Below are positions 1-12,228 of a stretch of 64,000 bases of DNA, in pieces. Under the pieces are notes generated by a model. It saw only the letters and a list, made by a program, of their open reading frames with translations, ran no database searches and was not told the DNA's origin. This DNA is from Octopus bimaculoides (taxonomy: Eukaryota). The position numbers and the translations under genes were made by a program. Positions within the stretch are counted from its first letter, which is position 1, and every line of letters begins with the position of its first letter. The stretch is taken from the NCBI RefSeq assembly GCF_001194135.2, contig NC_068984.1, positions 55,497,896 through 55,561,895 on the forward strand, given 5' to 3'.

Positions 1-745
1 ATTCGTGGGGTGCTTGCTCTGGTCTGCGTGTTTTAGCATTTACGATTTTGTATATTATTGTTCTCTTTCGTGTGTTCTATATGATGTTTTGTGGTATGTT
101 TATGTGTAGGCCTGAACCCTTTTCTGTTAAGAGGGATTTGGTTTGTTTGATTTGTTCTGGTGTGAAATGTAGAACTGTTTTTCTTTGTGTCAATGCTTCT
201 GAAAAATTCGTGGTGGTGGTGTTGGTGGTGGTGCTGTTTATAGTGGTGGCAGGGGCGTCCGTTGTAGTAGCTGACGGTGAGGCTGTGGTGGTGGCGGATG
301 CGTCCGTTGTAGCAGTTGACGATGAAGCTGTGGTGGTGGTGTTGGTGTTTGTCTTTGAGGTCATAGTCTTTGAGACGGTGTTGTTGTTGTTGGTGGTGGT
401 GATGGTGGTGGCGGTGTTAGCGTTCATGCTAACACTGGCACCTATTTGTGTGCTACTTCTTCCTTTGTTCCCTCCTTCGTGAAGTTGTGGTGAAGGAAGG
501 GTAGGAAAGTTGATTGCGAACGAGTGGCCAAACAGACCGGCGTTCGTCACATGGCTTGGAATCGCCATTCTCAAAATAAAATGGCTAAGAAAGCCGAAAA
601 TAAATTTTACAAAAATGGGTAATTCGCCACACAGGGCAGATTTCCCGTGCAAACAAGTTGCACATCTGAATATATCAGTTGTTGCACAGCTTTTGTATAT
701 AAAATATGACTGAGAAACAAACTTTTTAAAAGCAAAAAAAGGCAA
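1..745 (-). pseudogene. Thr/Ala-rich ORF (222 aa), possibly the ORF1/gag-like 5' part of a retroelement running off the window start
   Basis: ORF 77-745 has a CxxC-like segment (CATCLHGKSALC), a low-complexity Thr tract built from (ACC/AAC)n with a ~45-nt internal duplication at ~256-345, then NFSEALTQRKTVLHF. The frame reads on past a single TAG at 77-79. No family motif is firmly recognised. Confidence 0.3.
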
Positions 746-1079
746 AACTTACGGAGCCGATGTGTCTACCGTCCGTTCATGATGATATAGATAGATAGAT
801 AGATTAAACAACGATTTAATTCTAAATCACAGCATGTGCCATTCTTTAAGACTAGTCTTTAGAATAACTTCATATAGGTGGATTCTTCAGCGACAGTTGT
901 GTATGTTGGTTGTTGTGAGATCGAATGCGATCAAGCACTGCCTGATTTCTTTGAGTTTTCTCACAGAAATATTAATCTTATACAATATGGGATTTCACAT
1001 ATCTATCCAGCTTTGGAAAATACCCTGCTATAAGATGGTATATGGTAGCCAATAACAGTATAGGAGAGTTTAGGATGTC

Positions 1080-1097
1080 TTACACAGACACACGCAT

Positions 1098-1128
<31 letters not shown>

Positions 1129-1550
1129 CACACACACGCACACATATATAAAGATACATATATACATACAGACACACATACATACAGGCATACATCCATC
1201 CATCTATACATAATACATACATATATAATAAAACTTTTGACTTTTTCCTATCCTAGAGGATTACCAACCTAATTCTTTATAGCCTTATGTGCTTCGAGAT
1301 CCACTGTTCCAAAACGAAATATTTCACGTTCTCTCGAAAGTTTATAAATTCTTTCGAAGTTAACAATATGTATGTATGTATGTATGTACGTATGTGTGTG
1401 TATGTATGTATGTATGCATGCATGCATGCATGCATGTATATATATAGGTATGTAGTATGTATGTATGTATGCATGCATGCATGCATGTAGGTATGTATGT
1501 ATGTATGTATGCATGTATGTATGTATGTATGTATGTGTATGTATATAGAC
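1080..1550. repeat. Compound microsatellites (CA)n, (TATG)n, (CATG)n
   Basis: Directly visible; source of the HT/YI/CV-type spurious ORFs. Confidence 0.95.
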
Positions 1551-2399
1551 ATATTTATTGTCCGTATTGTTTTGACTACCAGATTCCATCTGTCAAGACT
1601 TCGGTCAACATATAGGGTTAATTATCTCCTAAGCGATACAGTATAATACAATATACAGCCTATAAATTCCCCTAAAATTGCAATAGACAGATATAGCAAC
1701 TAAAAGTCACGTCGATCTTGCAGTTTGTTCTATTTAATGAGTTATCACATGGTGTTTCTCATGAGACTTTCATGGCTTTGAAATGGAATTAGCGATGTAA
1801 ATAAGGTGGAATTGAAGCAATTTGCTAAAACCTCGTGTAGATCCAAATGTCGTGAGTAAAATTAGGTAGATGAATATTGTACAGAAGCCCGTTAGACGGA
1901 TGGTACTTGTAATTCTGAGGTTCAGCCATATCACAAATTGTGATACTGATCTGGTGAATTACTAACCGACTTACGTGTTAATTAATTAAATATCGAGTTC
2001 AGTCGATCGAACAAGTACGGTAAATACTCTTCTCCGAAACTGACTGAGATCCATTTACTTAAAAGGACCACCTAGTCGTGAGAACATCAGTTATGTAGAC
2101 CTTACCCTTTTATCCATTTATTTCTTCTCAAAAGTATTAAAAATATTTACACATAACACTGTGTTAATGTCATATACGTCTCTACAACAATAGTCATTTA
2201 AGCAATTGGATGTTGTTCAGTTGAAAATATATAGCGCCAGTACCTCAATCGGACAGTTTTACTATTTATATTATATGTAACAGAATACTTTATTATTTTT
2301 GATCCCAAGGGAAATGCCATTTGGAAATAGCACTGTTGGTTAGTTTAATGGAGTCAGTTTGTATAGTTTACTCGTATTCCAAGAAGAATTGGCACCTGC

Positions 2400-3000
2400 G
2401 TCAGGTGTAAATTTCTCTGAATTCCTCTTGGATATATTTTGATCATTTCCAAAGTTATTTTCGTTGATGATGAAGCTATTGTTGCTAATTTTAAAGGGAT
2501 ATCGGGTTTATTTAATAAGAAGGAACTTCTTTCAGAACGGATAAAGTAAGGAATATGAAACTAGCATCATATATTTTCAAAACTCTATGACTCAAGCTTC
2601 ATGAGTTCACTAATTTATCTATGGAAGAACGCCAATAGAGAACCATTCTCTTTCATACAATACATCGCATTTTTCAAGGTTAAGGAACTGGATATAAACT
2701 GAGCGCGTCTTTCTAATAGTCTGCTGTCTTAACTTTTTGGCTGCTGCGTCATTTATGTTGGTTGAAATATGATGATGCACCAATATATAGGAAACGTTCT
2801 TTTAGAATAATGTTAGCCGATGATCGATAATATTACTTTGCTGCCAGAAAAATAAAAATATTTTCCGTTCATTTTATACCTTCAGAACATTACTTTCACT
2901 ATCGTTGTAAGAATTTGCAAATCTTGCAACATTTATGCATATCTAAGTTTCTTGTGCAACATTAATGTATTAGTAGCACGAAAAGAAATTCCACAACTTA
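2400..3000 (-). mobile_element. Heavily decayed non-LTR retrotransposon RT C-terminal remnant
   Basis: Minus-strand translation gives scattered FLYIG, FENI and RYPFKI pieces in the order expected for the FxYLG...GCEVWGFEN...ELGRYP region of LINE ORF2; many stops and frameshifts. Confidence 0.35.
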
Positions 3001-3783
3001 CGTCAAAACTGATTCACTTTTGTCAAGGCGTAACCTTTCCGCAGCTTAACGATCAGAGGTAATTATTGTTATTAGCAGTAATCAATCTTTTCAAAAATGT
3101 TTCCTGTGATGTATCATTTTTTTTTTTTTAGACAGAGAGTGAGAGAGAGAGATGTGAATTTATTTTAATTAAAATTGAAATCAGCTACCTCGAAAATCTT
3201 TTGTCAAGTGTAAATTATATATCCCCAACCATAAATTCATTTTCGAATTCCTTTGTTTTGTTATTTATCTGATCATCTAAAATATAGTACAAGCTGGAAA
3301 AGCAATCAAATGAGTAGTTTATGACTGATGTTACTTCCAGGTGCTTTCACACAATTTTTGTCTTAGATCTAAAGCAAAGAAAATTGAAGTCTTACATATT
3401 TACAAAATATTGGAAAATTTTGAAGAAAGTGAAATAAATTTTTTAACATACATACATGATATTTCCAATGACATTATAGACAAGGAGGTGGTTAGAAATT
3501 GGATCGACTGATTCTCGGACACATCTCAAACATACATTGTAACTACCTTGTTTTTTTTTTATATTCAGGTGTAATTTGCCTTTTCAAACATGATAATTAT
3601 ATAGTTAAGGAACGGAGAAAATAGCAAGCTCGCTCGTTGGTACCTTCCTTGGAATATTAGTGACAAAGGTGAAGTGAATTGGTTTCAGTTGGGAAATGAA
3701 GCTAGGTCGATATAAGTTGTCATTAAATATAGTGTTAATTAATACATAACACCACATGTGCAAAAAGGAACCATTTCAATATT

Positions 3784-3970
3784 TTTTCTCCTCTAGGCAC
3801 AAGGCCTGAAATTTTGGGAGAGAGGGCCAGTCGATTAGATTGATTTATCGACCCCGAAAGGATGTAAGGCAAAGTTGACCTCGGCGGAATTTGAACTCAG
3901 AACGTCAGAGAGACGAAATACCATTAAGCATTTCGCCCTGCGTGCTAACGTTTCTGCCAGCTCGCCTCCT
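3784..3970 (-). mobile_element. tRNA-derived SINE, family A (central CTTTGCCTTTCATCCTTTCGGGGTCGATAAA domain), with an internal deletion
   Basis: The reverse complement reads GGCGAGCTGGCAGAAACGTTAGCACG (A-box-like) ... GAGTTCAAATTCC (B-box) ... CCTTGTGCCTAGAG and aligns to the copy at 11241-11458. Confidence 0.85.
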
Positions 3971-4120
3971 TTCAATATTGATACTCATTCATTCAAACAT
4001 GGTGAGTTTAATAGTTATAGTAAATAACCTATTATTTTAGTATTCATTCAATTATAATATTCATCCCCCAGTTTACAATTTTATGATCACACTTTTTAAT
4101 ACATCGAAATATCTTGGTAA

Positions 4121-4328
4121 GCCGGTGAGTCGGCAGAATCGTTAGCACTGCGAACAAAAATTCTTAGCGGCATTTCATCTATTTTTACGTTCTGAGTTCA
4201 AATTCCACCAAGGTTGACTTTTATCCTTTATGAAAGTACCAGTCAAGTACTGGAGCACTGATTATAATCACCTAGCCCTCCTTCCACCAAAGTTTCAAGG
4301 CTTGTACTTATAGTAGAAAAGGATTATA
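4121..4328 (+). mobile_element. tRNA-derived SINE, family A
   Basis: GGCAGAATCGTTAGCAC ... GAGTTCAAATTCCACCAAGGTTGAC ... AGTAGAAAAGG; homologous to 11241-11458. Confidence 0.75.
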
Positions 4329-5090
4329 CGAGTCGTACTAGATCAAGATAATAAAGATTTGGGAGATTTACTTCACTAGGTTACGAGATATTCCAGATTT
4401 TCTCTATAGGTGTGGACTGAACTAAACAAGCAAACTAAATAGTTGCCTGTTATACAGTTCTTGGCAACCCACGGATTTATACACAAAAACAGGACTAATA
4501 TAAACCTTAGTACTAATATTTGGTCACTGGTAAGGCAAAACAAAAACCTTGAAATATAGGTAAAGGGCACTTGTTCAGGAGGCAGTATCAAGTTGCACAA
4601 TTTTACTATCCTTAAAACCAGAGACATTCAGGAGATATGTATAAATCCTAAAAAACATGGTTTTCTTCAATAACATTCCAATACCAAATGTTAGACTAAT
4701 AAATCTCTATATTTTCAGAGCGTTTCTCTCTTTCTTTATTGCAATGAATTGCTACATACCAATATAAAGTTTTAACTATAAAATTATCTTACTCTCTAAA
4801 AGATTTTTTTTTAGTTATATATGAAATATGGAAATACTGGATTATTGATCTACGTTGTATTATAATCTTTCAAAGTGTATGTACATATTTAGATAAAAAT
4901 GTCTGGCCACTATTTACTAAAACAAGGAACTAATTACATATTCCGATCTACAAGACCATACTCGGATTGTATCTTCTACTGAAACATGTCTAAGAAATCA
5001 CCAAACCATTCTACAATATGTTTGTTACGATCCCTTTTAGGTTCTTATATGTGCTTATCTGAGTGTGTTTGTGCGTGTTTTTCTGTCTTC

Positions 5091-5125
<35 letters not shown>

Positions 5126-5128
<3 letters not shown>

Positions 5129-5330
5129 GAGAATTTACGAAAAAACCACAGACGAAGACACGTGGTGTAAACAACAAATGGATGTATTAGTTTAACACTC
5201 GGGAATAGAGAAAGTCTTTGACATTTCGAGCCTACGCTCTTCAACTTAAAGGAACACAGAAAGAAATAAGGAGAGAAACAAGGAGAGAAAAATATCAATG
5301 TAGTGGTCAGCGATCTATCAAAGCGAATGT
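5126..5330 (-). mobile_element. Penelope-like terminal-repeat (pLTR) fragment carrying a degenerate hammerhead-like motif
   Basis: AACAAATGGATGTATTAGTTTAACACTCGGGAA...AAGTCTTTGAC resembles the sequence 3' of the PLE GIY-YIG fragment at ~29790-29860. Minus strand 5216-5251 folds as a minimal type I hammerhead. Confidence 0.55.
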
Positions 5331-5893
5331 ATATATATATACAAAACAAACACAAGCACGTACACACATATAATTTTAAAATTGTAGTCAGTTAATACTA
5401 TACAAAATATGAGACAATATTTTGACTCTAGTAATATCGTACATTGAGAAGTGTCAAATATATGTAAGTGAGCTTATATAACTTACTTCTATACGTCTAG
5501 TTGTTTCGTGTTGACTTGGATACAGAAGTAACAGATATTTCAGCGCTGAAGATTGAAATTGCTTTACTGTTAAAATTTCAAGATTTTTATCTGCGTTTAA
5601 GAATTGAAAACCTTTAACTACGGTTTTATTTATTTATTTATTTATTTATTTTATTGATGTCATTTAATTAACAACTTCAATCTTTGTGTGGTAACAGTCT
5701 CGATAATAATTTAAGGTGAGTGACAACAGTCTTCCATCAATGTCAAAGTTGATCAACATATTGCTGGGTACAAGTAGAATCGACGACAAAACTATACTCA
5801 ATAGCACTAAATATACAAAGACAAAAGGCTAGTGTTGGAGTGTGGAGGCTACAGCTGAACTTGCTTAGGATATGGGGCTTATCAAATAAATAT

Positions 5894-6748
5894 ATCGGTG
5901 TTACGTTCCAATTCACCACGCAATAGGTGAAAATCCGCGAAGTAGAAACAGTACTGTACGGTATATTTTTTATTTATTTTTGTATATTTAAGCTTTTATA
6001 AACTCCCCCTCCCCACACTCTTAGAAGTGCCCGTTTCTTCACACTTTTGCGGGTGAGGAATATAGTGAGAGGCGATGCCTTTTCTTTCGTGCCGTGTAAC
6101 AAGGTTTTTATAAACTTCCATGGTTCCGTCGATTGCATTTCTAAACTGCAACGCACGAATTATCTGGAGGTTCCAAGCTTCCGCCATTCTCTGAAGTTCT
6201 TTTGCCGTTCTTGCTAGAGTTGAGAGGCGTTCTAATGATAGACTGGCTGGCTTCTTCTTCTTCTTCTTCTTCTTCTTCTTCTTCTTCTTCTTCTTCTTCT
6301 TCTTCTTCTTCTTCTTTCACACTTGCTGACTTCGTCATCTCTATCAGATTTTCTTCTGTTAATAGATCTGAATAGGCCTCGATTAGGTTATTAACGTCCT
6401 CGGTAATCATATCGTTGAAGCCATCTCCACTTAGTAATTTTGCCAGCTTCACTGCCTTATCTACTGCAATGTCAAAGTGGTGGATTTCGTCAAGAGAGAA
6501 TCCTTTAGAGTCGTAGACCACTTTTGGCTACAATTTCTTCCATATCGCATTCAAAGTTTCAGTCTTCATCTCCTTTATGGCCTTCTGAATATTTTGAAGA
6601 TGCGTTGCAACGGTGTACCCACGCATCATCCGAGTCCATAACCTCGACCAGATGTTGCAGGAAGTTTCGCGTATAGAGCGCCTTAAAAGCACGAATAACG
6701 CCTTGATCCTTGGGCTGGATTAGTGATGTGGTGTTCGGCGGTAAGAAC
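5894..6748 (-). mobile_element. Tigger/pogo DNA transposon, 3' half of the transposase, frameshifted
   Basis: Minus strand encodes FLPPNTTSLIQPKDQGVIRAFKALYTRN (pogo/Tigger DDE motif), then TLNAIWKKL, YDSKGFS, an acidic poly-E linker and LERLSTLARTAKELQRMAEAW...ALQFRNAIDGTMEVYKNL. Confidence 0.9.
6251..6317. repeat. (CTT/GAA)n trinucleotide expansion inside the Tigger acidic linker
   Basis: About 22 perfect units; encodes poly-Glu on the minus strand. Confidence 0.95.
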
Positions 6749-6953
6749 TGGCAGAATAGTTAGCACGCTAGATGAAATGCTTAAAGGTATTTCGCCCGTC
6801 GCTACGTTCTGAGTTCTAATTCACCTGAGGTTAACTTTGCCTAACATCCTTTCAGGGTTGATAAAATAAGTACCAGTTAAACACTGGAGTTGATGTAATC
6901 GACTCATCCCCACCCCATGCTGCCCTTGCGGCAAAAATTTGAAATAATTATTA
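6746..6953 (+). mobile_element. tRNA-derived SINE, family A, truncating the Tigger
   Basis: CTGGCAGAATAGTTAGCACG ... GTTCTGAGTTCTAATTC ... GTTGATAAAATAAGTACCAG; it joins the Tigger at the FLPP codons. Confidence 0.8.
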
Positions 6954-6956
6954 GCG

Positions 6957-7560
6957 TCATTTTGCGTTCTGATTTATGAGATTTTTTATTATACGGTTGT
7001 CCATTCTATACATCTTATGTATTTCCTTCATATAATACACATTTTGTGTAGATTTTGTATTTTTAGTAGAGGAAACATCTAATTTATTTGTAACACTGTA
7101 TTTCTGTATATATTCATCAGTAGCTTGTTCTTTTTGTCTGTTTGAATAGCAGTTATTAATTAGTGTCTCTTTTATTTTGTAGATTTCTTTGTTTAGATTT
7201 TCAGTAATGATTTTACAACTGCTATATTGCAGCTGTGCGAGTACTCTCCATTTCTTTGTGGATATACTCATTATTTGCTTCTTTGGTGTTTACCGATGTA
7301 AGGAGTCTAGTGGCAAGCTGATTATGATGCTCATAATATATTTCTAAAGCATTAATATCTCTCAGTTGCTGAAAGAAAACGTAAACCTCGAGAAATTGTT
7401 AGCGACTCTAATCCACATACATTTCACGTTAAGGGCAATCAGCTTGTGTCGATGATGTGGAAAGGTATTGGTGCAAAGAGACTTACTAACTATGAAATAC
7501 TAAAAGGAAGTGTTCAATAGTTACATGATAATGCATTATCATGGAACTTAGTTCTTTTGT
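6957..7560 (-). mobile_element. Penelope-like element, RT C-terminus/linker fragment
   Basis: ORF 6957-7271 (EIYKIKETLINNCYSN...YYMKEIHKMYRMDNRIIKNLINQN) matches the Penelope post-RT pattern EIxRIKQTLxNNGYSN...YYxNQMH..YK.DER. Confidence 0.6.
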
Positions 7561-7899
7561 GTCTATTCTATACTATGTTGTTTTTTTTCGTTTTTTTTTC
7601 TTCTATGCTATACCATGTCGCTACGCTATTGGTCAGATAACTTAACTAAAGTACTTCAATCTACAGAGCTGCAAGAATTAATGAGAAGAAATAAAGCCAG
7701 CAACTGTAGGCTGGATATATTAAATTCAAATCCTGTCTTGAACTGACAATCTTGCCCATATGAAGTTATCTCCCATTGTAGTGGATGGGGCATATCTAAC
7801 AAGCAAAGCAGGCAAAGTAGAAATACATTAAATCCATATAAATTTTTCTCTTCAATATAGATTTATATAGATTTAAAGTTCTTCATACCTGAGAGAAAC

Positions 7900-8700
7900 T
7901 TCACCCAACTGACATCCACCAGATTTTATTTTCTAGAAATAAATGATTGAATAGTAGCAATAATCGAAAAAGGAGACACTCCTTATAAAGGAGTTGTATC
8001 AACAACTGCAGCCCCTACATTTCTTTACAATATAGATTGGTATTTATCGGACAGCGTATTTCCACTAAAAGAATATAAAACTGCTTTTAAATACACCATA
8101 TATGGAAGGCAAGAAAGACTAAAAATTAAAGACCAAAGATCACCAAAAGCAATACTAAGAAACCACAACTATATACAAGTAACATATTCGATCAATAGAA
8201 GATTGCGTCATTGTGATCTGAGACTCACTTCAAAACAAACTATAAATTCACAAACTATAATATGCAGGTCATCACCGCTTGAATATAGACTGCGTCCACT
8301 CTACATTCGCTATCAGACAAACATTACTTTTAATGAAAAATTACATAGATAGCATTTACCACTGCAGCATACTTCAACGCTACATAAACTCAGACTTTAG
8401 TGCGCAATCGCCCTCAGATACTTTAGCCCTCTGAAAACCATCCCCCAAAAATACTATGGACAAAACACCGAACCAATAATGGGACCTATAACTCGGTACT
8501 TGATGTGCAATAAATAAGAATCAAATTACTCTCCAACACACATCTTAGAGTCTATGAATAAAACTATATATGAAATACTGAGTACTCAAGGCTAGGATAC
8601 TTTGGCTATAACTCGGTTCGACCAACTTGACGTTGGATTAGATTACAATAAGAAATAATTATAATTAGGTCATCTATTCAGCTGAACCAAAAAGAATTAT
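7900..8700 (+). mobile_element. A-rich decayed coding-like stretch, possibly an old non-LTR retrotransposon
   Basis: Strong A bias on + and protein-like pieces (IYGRQE, NHNYIQVTYSINRRLRH, ALRYFSPLKTIP) broken by stops; no diagnostic motif. Confidence 0.25.
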
Positions 8701-9942
8701 ATAAACTTAAACCATATATTGGTATTGACAGAAAGGCTGAGAAAAATGCAGCATACTGTAACTGTCTCACTGCAGCTCACAAAATAAATTACTGCATGTT
8801 AATGGACATTGTGTGATTCTCAGCAAGCGAAATCATGTTGAACCTGGAGCGTTGACCCAGATAATTTCATCAAAAGCAATCTGCCTAAACTTTCATGACA
8901 TTGATGTCCATGCTTCGTGTTGCCCAAGACAACAGGTTCAAGAACATTTTATGTGATTATGTAAACTGTTTTAGTGGCCTGGATATTTCAGGCAGAACAA
9001 GCATACAATCTTTATAATCGTCTGCAACAGAGGATAAGTAAAACAGCTACAAATAATAATGATGTCCGACTAGCGGACGCTAATCTCTCAATGTACCTCT
9101 TCAGCTGCAGACAACAACTAAGTAAATACTAGAAGCATACATAAAGCTAAAATTATTATGAAGTTAAAGTCAATTTTCTTAAATAGGAAGATAACGTCAC
9201 TTCAATTGAAGGATAAAATTGTCCAGTTGATACATTATATTTCCAGCAGATTGTCACATTAAAAATTTATTATAATATGTACGTGCATTCCTAACATCAA
9301 TTTTACACGAATTTGTAAGCAAAAACTATGCACTTGAAGACTTTAAAAATACTGCTTAATTTCATGTTGTTTGTGCTAATGTCATGTAAATTTATCTTCC
9401 CGTTCAGCTGTTCACATTATCTATAAAGTTAAATGCTTTTGTACATGCAATAATTCCCCTCCACGGCTTTAATGGCATGTAACTTTTAACACAAGTGAAT
9501 ATGTCGTTCCGTTGGTATTTTATTCCATTCAATTTTCAAAAATATTGCCAAAGCATATTAAAAGTTTTCGAATTTTAGTAAAAGAAAATAGCCCTGGAGA
9601 GAAGATGTTTCTGAGGTGAATCACTATTGAGTTTCACTTAAAGCAAGGAATTTAGTGCTTCCATTTTCTTCCGTCTGTCACAAGAGATTTTATTCTAAAC
9701 GTATATTAATCATGTTCACTTGCTCTCAGGTTACGAATTATTTACTGGGAGTTTCCTCTCTCTTAAGAGCAGACAACTGCTGCTATACAAAAACGACGAT
9801 TCCTTCAATACTAAACAGACAACCATCGGGAAAGAATACAAGCTCATGAGAATTTTACTTTGATAACATTTGAAAACATCTTTCTGTAATGATAGTTTCC
9901 ACCCACACAGTGCAATCTTTCCCTCAGACATAAACAAACTGA

Positions 9943-9991
<49 letters not shown>

Positions 9992-10207
9992 TGCGCGCGC
10001 GTGTGTGTTTGTGTGTGTGTACGTGTGTGTGTGTGTGTGCGTGTGTGCGTGCGTACGCGTGTTTGTGTGTGTGTTTGTGTGTGTGTATGTATATATATAC
10101 ACACACACATACATACACATATTTCAAAGAAGGTTCTCAAAAGTAATAACAGAAGGAATGTGTGTGCGTGTATGTGTGCATGTATATATATATATGTGTG
10201 AGTGTAA

Positions 10208-10283
<76 letters not shown>

Positions 10284-10740
10284 GCACATGCACATACATA
10301 TACATTTATATATATACATGTATATATATGCATGTATATGTGTATATATATATATATTTATATATATATATATACGTAGATACACATATGTACATACATA
10401 CATATATGCATACATACATGCATGCATACATACATGCATACATACATACACACACACATGCAATCAACGTACATAACATACAAATATATATTTCAAAGAG
10501 GCGCGAATAATAATAAAAAAAAAAAATTTACATATATCGCGAATATGTGCTCTCGAAAGTCCAATAAACGTCATTCATTGAGAAGGAAACTGTGTTCATA
10601 TGTAAACAGACCGCAAACACCACACACTCACCCACACCACATACCTACAAATAAGTACACACACACACACACACGCACACACACTCAAACACAAAACACG
10701 GCCGCACGCGCAGACACACACACAAGCACACCTGTATAGA
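9943..10740. repeat. Large compound (GT)n/(TA)n/(CA)n/(TACA)n microsatellite block
   Basis: Directly visible; nearly continuous purine-pyrimidine alternation. Confidence 0.95.
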
Positions 10741-11240
10741 ACTCATCTCAAAGAGATAAATAGAACAACTTGATTAACTTTTCGTCACATGCAAAAGTCT
10801 TCTATTAATGAATAAGTTGTATCAAGTTCATACGATGGGGTGAGGGAATTGGAGAACATACAGTTATACATTTTCCCTTGTGGATTAGTAGATTAAGGAA
10901 GGTGAACAAGATAAAATGATATGGTTTGGTTTGAAATAAACTGTGTAACATATTTGGTGTGTGTTATAAGATAGAAAAGGGTTGTAGTTGTAACAAACAC
11001 TATAGAACAGAGCATGACCTCAGGGTATGCGAGGTGTAGCACTTTTAATTCCTGTATAAAATCAATTTGATTTTATTTACAATATTAGCCGTTAATAAGA
11101 AGTGAACCAAGGGCAATCTTCTCCTAAAGGCACAAGTTTTCTTCTTGTGTCAGAAATCTATTTATTGTTCTTTTCCTTGTGTAGAAAGTTGTGCTTCGAT
11201 ATAAAATGGTTGATATGTAATCTTAATATTTCATTAGTGG

Positions 11241-11458
11241 AAGGCAGCGAGCTGCGAGAGGTGTCAGCACACCCGGCGAAATACTTAGCGGTATTTCGTC
11301 TGTCTTTAGGTTCTGAGTTCAAATTCCACCGGGGTCGACTTTGCCTTTCATCCTATCGGGCTCGATAAATTAAGTACCAGTTGCGTACTAGGGTCGATCT
11401 AATCGACTCGGCCCCTCCCCCAAAATTTCGGGCCTTGTATCTAGAGTAGAAAAGAATG
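11241..11458 (+). mobile_element. Full-length family A SINE with a 12-bp target-site duplication
   Basis: TTTCATTAGTGG at 11229-11240 and again at 11459-11470. B-box GTTCAAATTCC and an internal GTCGAT-CTA-ATCGAC hairpin are present. Confidence 0.9.
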
Positions 11459-11479
11459 TTTCATTAGTGGGATTTACAC

Positions 11480-11950
11480 AGGTGCAGACGTGGCTGTGTG
11501 GTAAAAAGTCTGTTTCCCAAGCCCATGCTTCCGGATTCAGTCCAGCTGCGCCGAACCTTGTGCAAGTGCGTTCTTCTATAAGCTCTTGGCCGACCAAAGC
11601 CTTATGAGTGGATTTGGTAGANNNNNNNNNNNNNNNNNNNNNNNNNNNNNNNNNNNNNNNNNNNNNNNNNNNNNNNNNNNNNNNNNNNNNNNNNNNNNNN
11701 NNNNNNNNNNNNNNNNNNNGTGTGTGTGTGTCTATGAATGAGTGTCTTTGTGTTCGTATTTATTCTTCATCACCGCTTGAAAACCGTTGTTTATGTCCTT
11801 GTAACTTAGCGGTCCAGCAAGAACCCCGACAGAATAAGTACCAGGTTTCAAAAAAATAAGTGCTGAGTCGAATCATTCGACTAAAACCCTTAAAATTGGT
11901 GCCCAAGCTTGGCAAAGCGTGACTGAAGCAAATAAACGGTAAAAGATAAA
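11480..11950 (+). mobile_element. tRNA-derived SINE, family C (GGCTGTGTGGTAA head, internal microsatellite, 3' GACTGAAGCAAATAAA), spanning a gap
   Basis: Head GTGGCTGTGTGGTAAAAAG...GGATTCAGTCC, CORE-like CCTTGTGCAAGTG, GCCGACCAAAGCCTTATGAGTGGATTTGGTAGA; the tail is homologous to 56553-56654. Confidence 0.8.
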
Positions 11951-12009
11951 TTTCTGAAGGATAAATTTCACCGTATCTTTTTTTTTTTTTTTTTTTTTTT
12001 TTTAACTTT

Positions 12010-12228
12010 CAAAGATGATGGATGGCAGAATAGTAAGAGTCAAACAAAATACCTTGTGACATTTTTCTGACTTTCGATCATATTTCAAATCCCACCAATA
12101 TCATCTTCGCTTTTCAACTTTCAGGATCGATAAAATATATTAGCAACCGTCACATGCTACGGTTAATCTGATCGACTTCGCTCATCCCCACAAAATATAT
12201 TCCTTTGTTTCTTATGTTACAAATTAGA
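12010..12228 (+). mobile_element. Degenerate family A SINE
   Basis: GATGGCAGAATAGTAAG ... TTTCAAATCCC ... GGATCGATAAAAT ... TAATCTGATCGAC. Confidence 0.55.

Noticed and set aside
745-790. Possible hammerhead remnant at the 5' end of the first element
   Set aside because: Both core strands are too degenerate to support it.
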